A stretch of 64,000 nucleotides of DNA from an uncultured Candidatus Saccharibacteria bacterium (GCA_964453405.1 CAYVOF010000001.1:1531-65530); one strand, 5' to 3'; shown: positions 1 through 9,470, counted from the first letter of the stretch. Numbers and translations are program-made. The notes: generated from the sequence alone by a model not told the origin.

Positions 1-324
1 GTTAAAACAGAAAAATGTTTTTGCTGGAATTCCAGTTACAGCGTTCGTGTTGCTAAAACATAAAGTATCAGCAAAAAGTCCATCACTCATTCCAAATGTA
101 CCACTAACTTTTTGTGTTGTGGTAGCTGCAGGTGCAGGTGTGGCTTGAGGAGTTGAACTTGTTTGGTCTTCTATTGGGGTTAGTGAAGTTGGTTGAGTAG
201 AGTTAAGTGGTTGCAGTGGTAACTCATTGGACATCTTACCAGCGTTAAAGGCTACATAACCAATTCCTAAGGCAACTACTAAACCTATAAGAATACCCAA
301 AGGTAATTTATAACTTTCGTTCAT
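1..324 (-). CDS. Partial CDS (N-terminal 108 aa; the gene continues past the window start). Membrane-anchored protein with an S/T/P/Q-rich linker.
   Basis: Reverse-strand ATG at 322-324 reads open to position 1 (MNESYKLPLGILIGLVVALGIGYVAF...TPQATPAPAATTTQK...). It has an N-terminal TM helix and lies downstream of lemA on the same strand. Confidence 0.4.
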   Translation of the reverse strand, partial: MNESYKLPLGILIGLVVALGIGYVAFNAGKMSNELPLQPLNSTQPTSLTPIEDQTSSTPQATPAPAATTTQKVSGTFGMSDGLFADTLCFSNTNAVTGIPAKTFFCFN

Positions 325-344
325 ATAAATAAATTTAATTTTTT

Positions 345-893
345 TTAGAATTTTACTTCTACATTCTGACCCTCTACACCTTTTTCATCGATGTCAAAGA
401 AAGCACGCTTGGTAAATCCAAGCATGGAAGCAAATAAGTTTGTAGGGAAGACTTCAATTTTAGTGTTAAAGTCACGAACATTGCCGTTGTAAAAGCGGCG
501 AGCGGCTTGGATCTTATTTTCTGTGTCAGTAAGATCGCTTTGCAATTGCATAAAGTTTTGGTTGCTCTTTAAGTCAGGATAGTTTTCGGATACAGCAAAC
601 AAACTTTTTAAGGTTCCAGAAAGCATGTTTTCGTCTTTTGCATGCTCTTCGGGAGTTTTGGCATTCATAGCCATATTTCGGGCTTCGGTAACTTTTTGAA
701 GTACACCAGATTCCTGCGCAGCAAAACCTTTAACGGTATTTACCAAGTTAGGAATCAAATCGTAACGACGCTTTAATTGCACTTCGATGTCGCTCCAAGC
801 TTCGTCAACACGATTTTTAGAACGAATTAGGCCGTTGTAAATTACGATTATCGCAATTACCACAATGGCAATAACTACTAAGAAAATCCACAT
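345..893 (-). CDS. lemA: LemA family membrane protein
   Basis: N-terminal TM helix followed by NGLIRSKNRVDEAWSDIEVQLKRRYDLIPNLV and NYPDLKSNQNFMQLQSDL, typical of the LemA family. Confidence 0.8.
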   Translation of the reverse strand: MWIFLVVIAIVVIAIIVIYNGLIRSKNRVDEAWSDIEVQLKRRYDLIPNLVNTVKGFAAQESGVLQKVTEARNMAMNAKTPEEHAKDENMLSGTLKSLFAVSENYPDLKSNQNFMQLQSDLTDTENKIQAARRFYNGNVRDFNTKIEVFPTNLFASMLGFTKRAFFDIDEKGVEGQNVEVKF

Positions 894-951
894 AAATTTA
901 GATATTAATGATTTTCTCTATTATATCAAGTTTTAAGGGACAATTCTAATT

Positions 952-980
952 GACGCGTCCAGTAAAGTTCTTTATAATCT
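952..980 (+). promoter_or_regulatory. Sigma70-like promoter (TTGACG-17 nt-TATAAT) for the small ORF and/or gatCAB
   Basis: TTGACG at 952-957, a 17-nt spacer, and TATAAT at 975-980. Confidence 0.45.
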
Positions 981-1017
981 TTTAATACAATCAAACAATA
1001 TTAAGTGAGGATTAATT

Positions 1018-1197
1018 ATGGAGGGACAAGATTTGATGAAAAAAGAAGTCGCCAGAGAATATGATCAGGTCTGTCATGAAACGATCGAAGCGGAAGAATT
1101 TAAAAAGCAATTGGCACCACATGATGTCCGTACAGTGAACTATTTGAGGCAAATCCATCGTGGCGTTGAGCCAATCACAAGCGAGCGTCTAGAGTAA
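1018..1197 (+). CDS. Small hypothetical protein (59 aa), below the ORF-track length cutoff
   Basis: ATG preceded by GTGAGGA 7 nt upstream, open for 59 codons (MEGQDLMKKEVAREYDQVCHETIEAEEFKK...). It sits directly downstream of the consensus promoter. Confidence 0.3.
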   Translation: MEGQDLMKKEVAREYDQVCHETIEAEEFKKQLAPHDVRTVNYLRQIHRGVEPITSERLE

Positions 1198-1241
1198 ATC
1201 TAGCGCTTTTCTTTTTGGTAAATTTTCTCTATAATAAGCCT

Positions 1242-1523
1242 ATGTTAACTCCAGAGGAAGTCAAAAAAGTAGCGAATTTATCGCGTATCGAATTGCGTGA
1301 CGGCGAAGTCGAAAAGTTTCAAAAGGACTTGTCGAGCATTATTGATTATGTCGCCGAGCTGCAGGCTGTAGATACCGATGGGGTGGAAATCGTTTCGTCC
1401 GTTACTGGTTTGGAAAATGTGGAGCGCGCCGACGAAGCTGTGATGATTGATTATCAGGAACAGATTATGGCTAACGCTCCTGAACGAAAAGATAAGTACT
1501 ACAAAGTTAAGTCGATTTTATAA
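1242..1523 (+). CDS. gatC: Asp-tRNA(Asn)/Glu-tRNA(Gln) amidotransferase subunit C
   Basis: MLTPEEVKKVANLSRIELRDGEVEKFQKDLSSIIDYV matches the GatC N-terminus. The ORF-track start at 1215 adds a non-conserved extension that overlaps a TATAAT box. Confidence 0.85.
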   Translation: MLTPEEVKKVANLSRIELRDGEVEKFQKDLSSIIDYVAELQAVDTDGVEIVSSVTGLENVERADEAVMIDYQEQIMANAPERKDKYYKVKSIL

Positions 1524-3013
1524 TGAAGTTTGAAGAATTATCATTAACAGAGCTTCGCCAGAAGCTAGATAGTAAAGAAGTTTCGTCAGTTGAACTGACG
1601 AAATATTTTTTGGCGCGAATTAGCGAGCAATCGCCAGTAGGAGACTTAGAAAAGTTAAATGCTTTTATCACAATTGATGAAGAACATGCTTTGGCACAAG
1701 CGCAGGAAGCGGATGAGTATATGGCCGCTGGTACAGGCGAGAATCCTTTACTATGCGGAATTCCTTTTGCTGCTAAAGATTTGTTTTTAACAAAAGGTGT
1801 GAAAACAACTGCGGCGTCAAAAATTTTAGAAAATTATATTCCACCTTACGACTCAACCGTGATTGCTAAATTAAAAGAGCAGAAAGCTGTGATGATTGGC
1901 AAAACCAACTTAGATCAGTTTGCGCATGGTTCTAGTGGTGAAACTTCTTTTTTTGGTGCAACTCGCAATCCGTGGGATTTAACTCGTATGCCGGGTGGTT
2001 CTTCCTCTGGTTCGGCCAGCGCGGTTGCAGCACGGTTAACTCCATGGGCGCTAGCAACCGAAACAGGCGGATCTATTCGTCAGCCGGCTTCACTTACAGG
2101 AATTAGCGGCTGGAAGCCAACTTACGGTCGAGTGTCTCGGTATGGTGTAGCAGCAATGGCTTCGAGTTTGGACAGTATGGGTGCCATGGCACAGTGTGTT
2201 CAAGATTTAGCAATGATCGCCGAGAGTATTAGCGGCCATGATCCAAAAGACGGTACTACTAATCCAATCGCAGTGCCAAATTATAGTAAAGATTTAAACG
2301 CCGACATCAAGGGCTTAAAGATAGGTATTCCAAAAGAATATTTTATCGAAGGCATGGAGCCGGGTGTTCGCACTGCAGTAGAAGCGGCTATTGAAGAAAT
2401 CAAAAAACTTGGCGCAGAAGTTAAAGAAGTAAGTTTGCCAAACACAAAGTATGGTTCGTTGGTGTACGCGATTATTTGTCCGAGCGAAGTCGCCTCTAAC
2501 TTGGCGCGTTACGATGGAATTCGTTATGGCCATTCGACGCAAGAGGGCAAAGATTTGTTTGAAGTTTATGCGCATAGCCGCGCCGAAGGTTTTGGCGACG
2601 AAGCCAAGCGCCGAATCATGACCGGTAACTACGTGCTTAGCGCGGGCTATTATGATGCCTATTACAAAAAGGCGCAGCGCGTGCGTCGGTTGATCATGAA
2701 TGAATTTGAAGAGGTGTTTAAAGATGTTGATGTGTTGTTAGCGCCGAGTGTGGCGAGTGTAGCACAGCCTTTAGGAGAAGCTGCGAACAATCCACTTCAT
2801 GGTTACATTGCTGATCAATTGAATATTCCTGGGAGCTTAGCAGGGTTGCCGGCACTTTCGGTGCCTTGTGGTTTTGCCTCTAGCGATGGCAAGGAATTAC
2901 CAGTCGGCTTGCAAATTATTGGTCCGCAGTGGGGTGATCAAAAAGTTTTTAATGTTGGTTATGCTTTTCAGGAAGTGACTGATTGGCATAAAAAGAAACC
3001 AAATATTATATGA
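1523..3013 (+). CDS. gatA: Glu-tRNA(Gln) amidotransferase subunit A (amidase signature family)
   Basis: [13 protein letters not shown] amidase signature, full-length 496 aa. Its start overlaps the gatC stop. Confidence 0.9.
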   Translation: MKFEELSLTELRQKLDSKEVSSVELTKYFLARISEQSPVGDLEKLNAFITIDEEHALAQAQEADEYMAAGTGENPLLCGIPFAAKDLFLTKGVKTTAASKILENYIPPYDSTVIAKLKEQKAVMIGKTNLDQFAHGSSGETSFFGATRNPWDLTRMPGGSSSGSASAVAARLTPWALATETGGSIRQPASLTGISGWKPTYGRVSRYGVAAMASSLDSMGAMAQCVQDLAMIAESISGHDPKDGTTNPIAVPNYSKDLNADIKGLKIGIPKEYFIEGMEPGVRTAVEAAIEEIKKLGAEVKEVSLPNTKYGSLVYAIICPSEVASNLARYDGIRYGHSTQEGKDLFEVYAHSRAEGFGDEAKRRIMTGNYVLSAGYYDAYYKKAQRVRRLIMNEFEEVFKDVDVLLAPSVASVAQPLGEAANNPLHGYIADQLNIPGSLAGLPALSVPCGFASSDGKELPVGLQIIGPQWGDQKVFNVGYAFQEVTDWHKKKPNII

Positions 3014-3342
3014 CGAGTTGGAATGAAGTAAAGTATGATGATGATTCGAGAGCAATGGATGCTCACTACACCCCAAAACGTTACAGGGTTTTTATGGCTC
3101 CTATTTTAGCAATTTTATTTGCTTGCGTTGCTATTATGACTATCTGGTCAAATACATTCGTAGGTGTTGATTCCGTGGGAGTAAAATTTGATACACTTTC
3201 AATATTATTATCATTAGGTTTTTTTGCTGATTCTATTTATGAATTCATTTGTCCCTCAAGATACAAAATCGCTCTAGCCTTTATTATTATTTTTTCGGTA
3301 ATGCCAATTATTTTTTATCTCAAGATGTTATATTCAGTTTAA
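3010..3342 (+). CDS. Small integral membrane protein (110 aa) inserted between gatA and gatB
   Basis: ATGA overlap with the gatA stop and three predicted TM helices. It is AT-rich and not recognised as any family. Confidence 0.4.
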   Translation: MTSWNEVKYDDDSRAMDAHYTPKRYRVFMAPILAILFACVAIMTIWSNTFVGVDSVGVKFDTLSILLSLGFFADSIYEFICPSRYKIALAFIIIFSVMPIIFYLKMLYSV

Positions 3343-3352
3343 CCTTACTTTT

Positions 3353-4876
3353 ATGGACCTAAAAAACTACAAACCAGTTATCGGACTAGAAATCCACGTG
3401 CAGCTTGCTACCAAGAGCAAGATGTTTTCGAGCGCGCCCAATAATCCTGATGAAAAAGAACCTAATACTAATATAGACGAAGTTGTTACTGCTGAGCCTG
3501 GGACTTTGCCTGTGCTAAATAAAGAAGCAGTGCGTCTGGGTGTAATGGTTGGCTTAGCTTTGAACTGCGAAATTCCAGAGTTTTCAAAATTTGATCGCAA
3601 ACATTATTTTTATCCTGATTTACCAAAGGGTTATCAGATTTCGCAGTATGATGAACCAATTGCTCAGCACGGTTTTGTAGATGTGCTTGTTCCACCGAAT
3701 GCAGATCGTACAACCAACCCCGACAGCTACACCAAGCGCGTGCGGATTACGCGCGCCCATCTCGAAGAAGACGCTGGCAAAAACACTCACCCAGAAGGTT
3801 TGCCTTATTCACTTGTCGACTACAACCGCGCCGGTTCGCCGCTCTTAGAAATTGTCACTGAGCCTGACATTGAAACCGCCGAAGAAGCGCGCATCTTTTT
3901 GCAAGAATTACAAAGAATAGTTCGCTATGTTGGCGCCTCAAGCGCTGACATGGAAAAAGGCACCATGCGTTGTGAGCCAAACATCAGCGTGCGCAAACCT
4001 GGCGAAGAGAGTTTGCCAAAGTACAAAGTTGAGGTTAAGAACATCAACAGTTTTAAATTTGCCGAAGCGGCAATTAATTATGAAGTTCCTCGTCACATCG
4101 AGATGTTAGAAAATGGCGAGATGCCCAAGCAGGTGACAATGGGTTGGAATGAAAAAACATCTTCTACCGTGGAACAGCGGAGCAAAGAAGAAGCCAATGA
4201 TTATCGCTACTTCCCAGAGCCAGATTTGGCGCCAATGCATTTTACAAAAGAATTTATCGAACAGCTCCGCGGTGATTTGCCAGAGTTGCCATCAGCTAAG
4301 CGCACGCGTTTTGCAGAGGAGTTTGGTTTGAACGCAGATACAATTGAAGATCTTTTAGGTTGGAAAGAATTGAATGAATATTTTGAAAATGTTGTGAGTG
4401 AAATTGATGCGTGGATGATCGCCGATGGTAACGGCGAAAACAAAGATTTGCGCGCAAAACTAATTAAGTCTGCAGCGAACTGGTGCTTGCAGGATTTTTC
4501 TGCGTTGTTAAATGCGCAACTTGCTAATCCATTAGAGTCACGAATTTCTGCAGAGAACATGGCCGAGCTGGTTAAACTTATAGATAGCGGAAAAATTAGT
4601 AGCAGTGCAGCCAAACAAGTCTTCAAAAAAATGTACGAAACTGGTGGTGAACCAGATGGTATTGTCGAAGATTTAGGTTTAACTCAGGTCAGCGACGAAG
4701 GTGCAATTGATGCCGCTATCGACACTGTAATTGCAGCCAACGAAAAAGCCGTTAACGACTATAAAGCCGGCGAACAAAAATCCTTTGGCTTTTTGGTAGG
4801 TCAAGTCATGGCTCACATGAAAGGCAAAGCCAATCCACAGGTGGTTAACGAACTTCTTAAGAAAAAACTCAGTTAA
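3353..4876 (+). CDS. gatB: Asp-tRNA(Asn)/Glu-tRNA(Gln) amidotransferase subunit B
   Basis: MDLKNYKPVIGLEIHVQL is the GatB N-terminal signature and the C-terminal GatB/YqeY domain is present. There is a low-complexity insert near residue 30. Confidence 0.9.
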   Translation: MDLKNYKPVIGLEIHVQLATKSKMFSSAPNNPDEKEPNTNIDEVVTAEPGTLPVLNKEAVRLGVMVGLALNCEIPEFSKFDRKHYFYPDLPKGYQISQYDEPIAQHGFVDVLVPPNADRTTNPDSYTKRVRITRAHLEEDAGKNTHPEGLPYSLVDYNRAGSPLLEIVTEPDIETAEEARIFLQELQRIVRYVGASSADMEKGTMRCEPNISVRKPGEESLPKYKVEVKNINSFKFAEAAINYEVPRHIEMLENGEMPKQVTMGWNEKTSSTVEQRSKEEANDYRYFPEPDLAPMHFTKEFIEQLRGDLPELPSAKRTRFAEEFGLNADTIEDLLGWKELNEYFENVVSEIDAWMIADGNGENKDLRAKLIKSAANWCLQDFSALLNAQLANPLESRISAENMAELVKLIDSGKISSSAAKQVFKKMYETGGEPDGIVEDLGLTQVSDEGAIDAAIDTVIAANEKAVNDYKAGEQKSFGFLVGQVMAHMKGKANPQVVNELLKKKLS

Positions 4877-4883
4877 ATATAAA

Positions 4884-4901
4884 ACGGCAACTAATGTTGC
4901 C
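4884..4901 (-). terminator. Hairpin CGGCAAC-taat-GTTGCCG. It is followed by a U-run only on the minus strand, so it is the terminator of the 4910-5335 gene.
   Basis: 7-bp perfect stem. The plus-strand downstream sequence lacks a T-tract. The minus-strand reading has TTTTATATTT after it. Confidence 0.45.
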
Positions 4902-4909
4902 GCATCACT

Positions 4910-5335
4910 TTAACTGAACATAAACGCTAGTAAATAAGTGTTCCCATCAAACCTGGCTCCAACCGCAGCCATGGGTTTATCTGGCTCATTCGCGAGGTCA
5001 AGTCCGGACTCAGCAATTTTTTTAGCTGTCTGTTTGATCTTGTCCACCATATCTTTGCTTAGAGACTTTGGATATTTATCAGGTGTAAATACCTCGTTAA
5101 ATAGAGGAATGAGATCACAAATAAAACTTCCTACCTGTGGTATCCTTGTCTCCGGAGTGTTAAAGCCCACCATCCTTAATGGTGTAATGATGTGGGTCCT
5201 AACTGTATCATGCTTTTTGGTGGAAATAGATAAATCCACAAATTTCTTATCTTTAGTCTCAATAAATATTAGCGTTTCTGGGCAGGTGTCGATGCTAAAA
5301 TTTGTGAAGCCTAACGCTGCACCTTCTCCTATCAT
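4910..5335 (-). CDS. Hypothetical protein (141 aa), orphan gene
   Basis: Protein-like composition (MIGEGAALGFTNFSIDTCPETLIFIETKDKKF...). The overlapping plus-strand ORF 4938-5378 is low-complexity and junk-like. The gene has its own terminator. Confidence 0.4.
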   Translation of the reverse strand: MIGEGAALGFTNFSIDTCPETLIFIETKDKKFVDLSISTKKHDTVRTHIITPLRMVGFNTPETRIPQVGSFICDLIPLFNEVFTPDKYPKSLSKDMVDKIKQTAKKIAESGLDLANEPDKPMAAVGARFDGNTYLLAFMFS

Positions 5336-5420
5336 AATATTATCTCTCCTTAAAATTCAAATTTTCATTTTTCAATGAAGAATTAGTCTATCAGGAACGT
5401 TGGTTTTTTGCAAGAGCATA

Positions 5421-5452
5421 ATAAAATATAAAACGCGTCACAAAAGTGACGC
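5421..5452 (-). terminator. Rho-independent terminator for the 5465-5914 gene
   Basis: GCGTCAC-aaaa-GTGACGC hairpin at 5435-5452. The plus-strand A-run at 5421-5433 gives a U-tract on the minus strand. Confidence 0.55.
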
Positions 5453-5464
5453 GCCTGCTAGTAT

Positions 5465-5914
5465 TTACCCAAGCACTTTCCAGTTTACTTTGACTTCATA
5501 TTTTCTAGACTGACTGAGATAAGTATGACTACCCATTCTAGGTATAGTTCCGTCAGGGCTTTTTTTATTTGCCCATTCACGGAGTTCGCGTTCGATCTTC
5601 CTGCGCGCTTTGTTTATTTCATTCTGTAAACGATCATCCGTAAAAAAATGGAAGTCTTCTTCATTCTTTAGTAAAGGAATAATCTCTGCTCCCCATTTGA
5701 TTTTTTGGGATTCCCTTTTACCCTTTACTTCCCAACCCATAGCAATCCTACCAATACGTAGGGTATAGAAGATGAGTGATTGGTCATGTGGCACCTCTAA
5801 TTTTTTTACAGGGCTGTTCCCAGCAATTGGACCATTTCTTTCAACATAATATGTAATACACAGATCTGGTATAGTATAAGTTTTAAATGTCATTGTTCCT
5901 CCTATGACTAACAC
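5465..5914 (-). CDS. Hypothetical protein (about 142-149 aa), orphan gene downstream of miaA
   Basis: ORF with its own terminator (MTFKTYTIPDLCITYYVERNGPIAGNSPVKK...KARRKIERELREWANKK). No family recognised. Confidence 0.4.
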   Translation of the reverse strand: MLVIGGTMTFKTYTIPDLCITYYVERNGPIAGNSPVKKLEVPHDQSLIFYTLRIGRIAMGWEVKGKRESQKIKWGAEIIPLLKNEEDFHFFTDDRLQNEINKARRKIERELREWANKKSPDGTIPRMGSHTYLSQSRKYEVKVNWKVLG

Positions 5915-5920
5915 TACAGT

Positions 5921-6895
5921 TTAAATATTAGTAAGCGCTTTGTCAATCCACCGAATATCCTTATTCCGCTTCCACCATGTCATTTGGCGCTTGGCGTATT
6001 GGCGGCTAGAAGTAAGTATCCCTTGTTCCATTTCTGGTTGAGTAATTTTATTTTGAAGAAATAGCTCGCAGTATCTGTACTCTAAACCAAAAGCTTCTAG
6101 TTTTTTCCAGCTTAAGCCAAACCCATTTTGGGATATTGGTTTATGTAAGTTTGCAACTTCCTTTATCATACCTATTTTTAATCGGGATTTTAATCTTTTG
6201 GTAATATTCTGTTTTAAAATATCCATACTCGGATTTAAGCCCAGCCATAAAACTCGATAATTTTTAAAAGTTTTTTGAGTATCTAGCTTTGGAACTGGTT
6301 TACCCGTACTCATTACAATCTCTAACGCACGAATCAAGCGATGTGGATTATTTTTATCAATCTCCGCGCCGCGCGCGGGGTCAAGCTCCTGTAACTTAGC
6401 AAACATTTGCGCGGGTGTGAGTTTAGCTAACTGAGCGCGCAGTTTTTTATCTGGTTTAACTTGAGGAAAATTATTATCATATATAACTGCGTCAATCCAG
6501 TGTCCTGTACCACCGCAAATTATTGGCATCTTGCCGCGCTTAAGAATATCAGCAATCGCGGCTCGAGCGCCGCGCTGAAAACGAGCCGAAGAATATTGGA
6601 CGCTGGGACTGGCTTCGTCAATCAAATAGTGGGGGACGCCTTTGTAAACAAAAACTTCATTATTTTTTTTCGCGCCGCCGCGACTTTTCGCCGCGCCTTG
6701 TTTGGTCCAGCGTCCTTCAACCTTACCCGAACCAATATCCATGCCTCTGTAAATTTGACGACTATCAGCAGAGATAATTTCGCCGTTATATTTTTTTGCT
6801 AGTTTAACAGCTAATTCACTTTTACCAGAAGCGGTTGGGCCGACTACGCAAATTAGATCGTAACTTTTGATTAAATTATTCGTTAATGTGTTCAT
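5921..6895 (-). CDS. miaA: tRNA dimethylallyltransferase
   Basis: P-loop ICVVGPTASGKSELAV, ADSRQIYRGMDIGSGK and C-terminal YAKRQMTWWK motifs. It contains a basic insert of about 35 aa after the DIG motif. Confidence 0.85.
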   Translation of the reverse strand: MNTLTNNLIKSYDLICVVGPTASGKSELAVKLAKKYNGEIISADSRQIYRGMDIGSGKVEGRWTKQGAAKSRGGAKKNNEVFVYKGVPHYLIDEASPSVQYSSARFQRGARAAIADILKRGKMPIICGGTGHWIDAVIYDNNFPQVKPDKKLRAQLAKLTPAQMFAKLQELDPARGAEIDKNNPHRLIRALEIVMSTGKPVPKLDTQKTFKNYRVLWLGLNPSMDILKQNITKRLKSRLKIGMIKEVANLHKPISQNGFGLSWKKLEAFGLEYRYCELFLQNKITQPEMEQGILTSSRQYAKRQMTWWKRNKDIRWIDKALTNI

Positions 6896-6939
6896 AAGCA
6901 GTGTTATAATAAAAATATCATAATTAACTTAATAAATAT

Positions 6940-7482
6940 ATGAAAAATAAAGGTATAATGATAGCCATTTTGGTGGTTATTGTTGGAGTAGCTGGGTTTT
7001 TACTTTTTAATCCAAAAAAAGACACATCTCAACTTGCTTCTGAACAAAGTAGTAAAAATTCGGCGGATAGTATAACAGATGATAAAAATACTACACCCGA
7101 TACTACCAATCCTACTACATCACCAAACACCACAACTTCTACTAAAGATAATTCCGAAGAAACCCAAGGTCAATTTAGCGGCGAAGACGATATTACTTCA
7201 CCAGATGTAGCGGTGTTTGAAGTTAGTTATGACGGCACTTCTTTTAGCCCAAAAACTACTACAATTAATGCCGGCGATATTGTAGTATTTAAAAATGATA
7301 GCCAGAGTGATTTATGGCCAGCTTCTGATCCGCACCCTACTCATACTAACTATCCGGAATTTAATGCTCAAAAATCTATAGCCCCTGGCGGTAAGTTTGA
7401 ATTTAAATTTACAAAAGTTGGAACATGGGGATACCATAACCATAAAAATCATGACGCCACAGGAACAATTATTGTAAAATAG
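6940..7482 (+). CDS. Membrane-anchored secreted protein with a cupredoxin-like C-terminal domain and a T/S/P/N-rich linker
   Basis: N-terminal TM helix, low-complexity TTPDTTNPTTSPNTTTST linker, and a C-terminal beta-domain (TTINAGDIVVFKN...GTWGYHNHKNHDATGTIIV). There is no Cys, so a type-1 copper site is unlikely. Confidence 0.45.
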   Translation: MKNKGIMIAILVVIVGVAGFLLFNPKKDTSQLASEQSSKNSADSITDDKNTTPDTTNPTTSPNTTTSTKDNSEETQGQFSGEDDITSPDVAVFEVSYDGTSFSPKTTTINAGDIVVFKNDSQSDLWPASDPHPTHTNYPEFNAQKSIAPGGKFEFKFTKVGTWGYHNHKNHDATGTIIVK

Positions 7483-7554
7483 TATAAATGGTTTTAAGGA
7501 TAAAAGCGGCTAAGGCTAGACAGTCTTTCGCCGCTTTTATGGTATAATAAACAG

Positions 7555-8379
7555 GTGAAAACTCATAAAAAACAACAAGATTGGCACACAGCAGGACAAG
7601 CTGGGGCCAAAAATTTGTTATCCAATTTTTTGAATGGGGACAATATTGATGATATCCCACATGCTTTTTTATTCTTAGGCCCGAGCGGAGTTGGTAAGCA
7701 ATTGTTAGCTCAGGAATTTGCTCAAAAAATTGCTGGTCAAAATAATAGCGAAGTTTTAGAATACGACTTTGCAGAATCAAGTAGCGTAGAAGATCTTCGG
7801 GATCTCATTAGTTTGTCGAGCCTAACTGCGGCCGCAAACAGTAGAAAAATTTTCTTACTTAAGAATTTTGAATTGGCCAATATAGCTAGCAACAATGTAA
7901 TGCTTAAAACCTTAGAAGAACCCTCCTCTAGCAGTATGTTCTTATTAGTTGCCAATGCTAATCGAGTTTTGCCTACCGTGATGTCGCGTTGCATTGCTAT
8001 CCGATGTTTTCCGGTGATGGGCTTGAATGTTGAATCTAGTTTACCTAAAAATTTAGTAACGATTGTTGAGCAATTTCCTGAGTTGCTAAATCAGTTGGAG
8101 AACGATTCTGAAAAGGCCAATTTGATAAGCGAATTATTGTCTAAGCTGCAAACTCATCAGTTAGGGTTAATAAATTTAAATCAATTAGTAGAGTTAGAGG
8201 CGGATGATCTTAAATTATTCGTAAAGTTATGGATTCACGCTTTAAAACAAAATTTAGCAGAAGGTGAATTTGCTCAAACTTTACATAATATTAAAGTAGC
8301 TCAGAATACTGTCGAAGACTTACAGCGCAGTTATAATACGAAATTAGTGCTACAACAATTTTTAATTCAAACTCGTTAA
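7555..8379 (+). CDS. holB: DNA polymerase III delta-prime subunit (AAA+ clamp-loader)
   Basis: Walker A FLGPSGVGKQLLAQEFAQKIAGQ and the MLKTLEEP box, typical of clamp-loader delta-prime. Length is 274 aa. Confidence 0.7.
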   Translation: MKTHKKQQDWHTAGQAGAKNLLSNFLNGDNIDDIPHAFLFLGPSGVGKQLLAQEFAQKIAGQNNSEVLEYDFAESSSVEDLRDLISLSSLTAAANSRKIFLLKNFELANIASNNVMLKTLEEPSSSSMFLLVANANRVLPTVMSRCIAIRCFPVMGLNVESSLPKNLVTIVEQFPELLNQLENDSEKANLISELLSKLQTHQLGLINLNQLVELEADDLKLFVKLWIHALKQNLAEGEFAQTLHNIKVAQNTVEDLQRSYNTKLVLQQFLIQTR

Positions 8380-8394
8380 AATAAAAAATAGCTC

Positions 8395-9447
8395 ATGAAA
8401 AAAATACTCATCTCATTAATCGCGATAAGTTTGCTAGGTGTTTCTTGCAATCTTGGTCAAAAAACGGTCAAGGTCGGGATTATTAAAACGGCCAATGGCG
8501 GAGTTGATTGGCAGCCAGCAAATAAAATTGTTAATAATGAAAAAACATTATTAACTAAAAGTATTTCTCAACTTAAATTTAGCAACAACGGTGAGAAGAT
8601 TTTTGCTTCCAGTTTTGACGGCGGCCTGTATTCTACCGAAGACGCTGGTGAAAACTGGGCCGAAGTTTTGAGCGGTGTGATAATTTACGATTTTGCTATC
8701 GATCCAAATGATGACAAAAATATGTACGCCGCTAGTTACTTAGCCGATCGTGGTCGCTTAATTAGTACTAAAGACGGCGGTAAGTCGTGGACCGAAGTAT
8801 ATAGCGATGCGGGAAGTAAAAATCCTGTACGAGCTGTAGCTATCAATCCTAATAATTCTTCAGAAGTAATGATCGGTTTGGCTAAAGGTGCCTTAATCCA
8901 AAGTTCAGATTCTGGTACCTCATGGCGACTGATTAATAATTACAACGATCGAATCAATCGAATCCACTGGCAAAGCAATTCCGAAGTATATGTAGTGGTT
9001 AATAAGACTGGTGTATTTAGAAGTATTGATAATGGAAATAGCTTTACCCAAATTTCTAAAAGTTTAGTTGCCCCTTCGGACCGTTCAAAATCAACACTCT
9101 TTAGCACTAAAGACATTAAAGATTATCGACAACTGGCAATTGATCCTTCTAATACATCTGCTTTATGGCTAACTACTAATAAAGGGTTATTCCGTTCAAA
9201 TGATGGCGGAAATAGATGGAATTATGTTAGTATGCCTTTTAGACAGGTAGATGCTTCGCCGTTTGCAGTGGCTGTCGCGCCAACTTCCAGCTCGGTGCTG
9301 TATGTGAGCAGTAATTATATTATTTTTAAGTCAATTGATGGGGGTATTAATTGGAGCTCTAGCAACACCGAAACTAATGGACTTACTACTTCACTATTAA
9401 TAAGCAGAGATTTGCCGCAAGTTGCTTTTGCCGGCGTGTCTAAATAA
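8395..9447 (+). CDS. Secreted/lipoprotein-like BNR (Asp-box) repeat beta-propeller protein
   Basis: Signal peptide ending LLGVSC. At least five S/T-x-D-x-G-x-x-W Asp-box repeats (TEDAGENWAEV, TKDGGKSWTEV, SSDSGTSWRLI, SNDGGNRWNYV, SIDGGINWSSS). Confidence 0.6.
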   Translation: MKKILISLIAISLLGVSCNLGQKTVKVGIIKTANGGVDWQPANKIVNNEKTLLTKSISQLKFSNNGEKIFASSFDGGLYSTEDAGENWAEVLSGVIIYDFAIDPNDDKNMYAASYLADRGRLISTKDGGKSWTEVYSDAGSKNPVRAVAINPNNSSEVMIGLAKGALIQSSDSGTSWRLINNYNDRINRIHWQSNSEVYVVVNKTGVFRSIDNGNSFTQISKSLVAPSDRSKSTLFSTKDIKDYRQLAIDPSNTSALWLTTNKGLFRSNDGGNRWNYVSMPFRQVDASPFAVAVAPTSSSVLYVSSNYIIFKSIDGGINWSSSNTETNGLTTSLLISRDLPQVAFAGVSK

Positions 9448-9470
9448 TTTTTCAAATAAATTCATAAATT

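Noticed and set aside
1215-1241. ORF-track N-terminal extension of gatC (MVNFLYNKP)
   Set aside because: The extension overlaps the TATAAT box and is not part of the conserved GatC N-terminus, so the ATG at 1242 is preferred.
2315-4626. Several 60-140-aa antisense or out-of-frame ORFs inside gatA and gatB (2315-2575, 3367-3600, 3486-3713, 3927-4109, 4149-4331 and 4207-4626)
   Set aside because: They lie within well-supported conserved coding sequences and have no independent start signals, so they are frame shadows. The same applies to 6461-6802, 7469-7780, 7737-7994, 16357-16820 and 30128-30668.
4938-5378. 146-aa plus-strand ORF overlapping the 4910-5335 minus-strand gene
   Set aside because: Its translation is hydrophobic, S/L-rich and junk-like. 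The minus-strand product has protein-like charge composition and a matching terminator.
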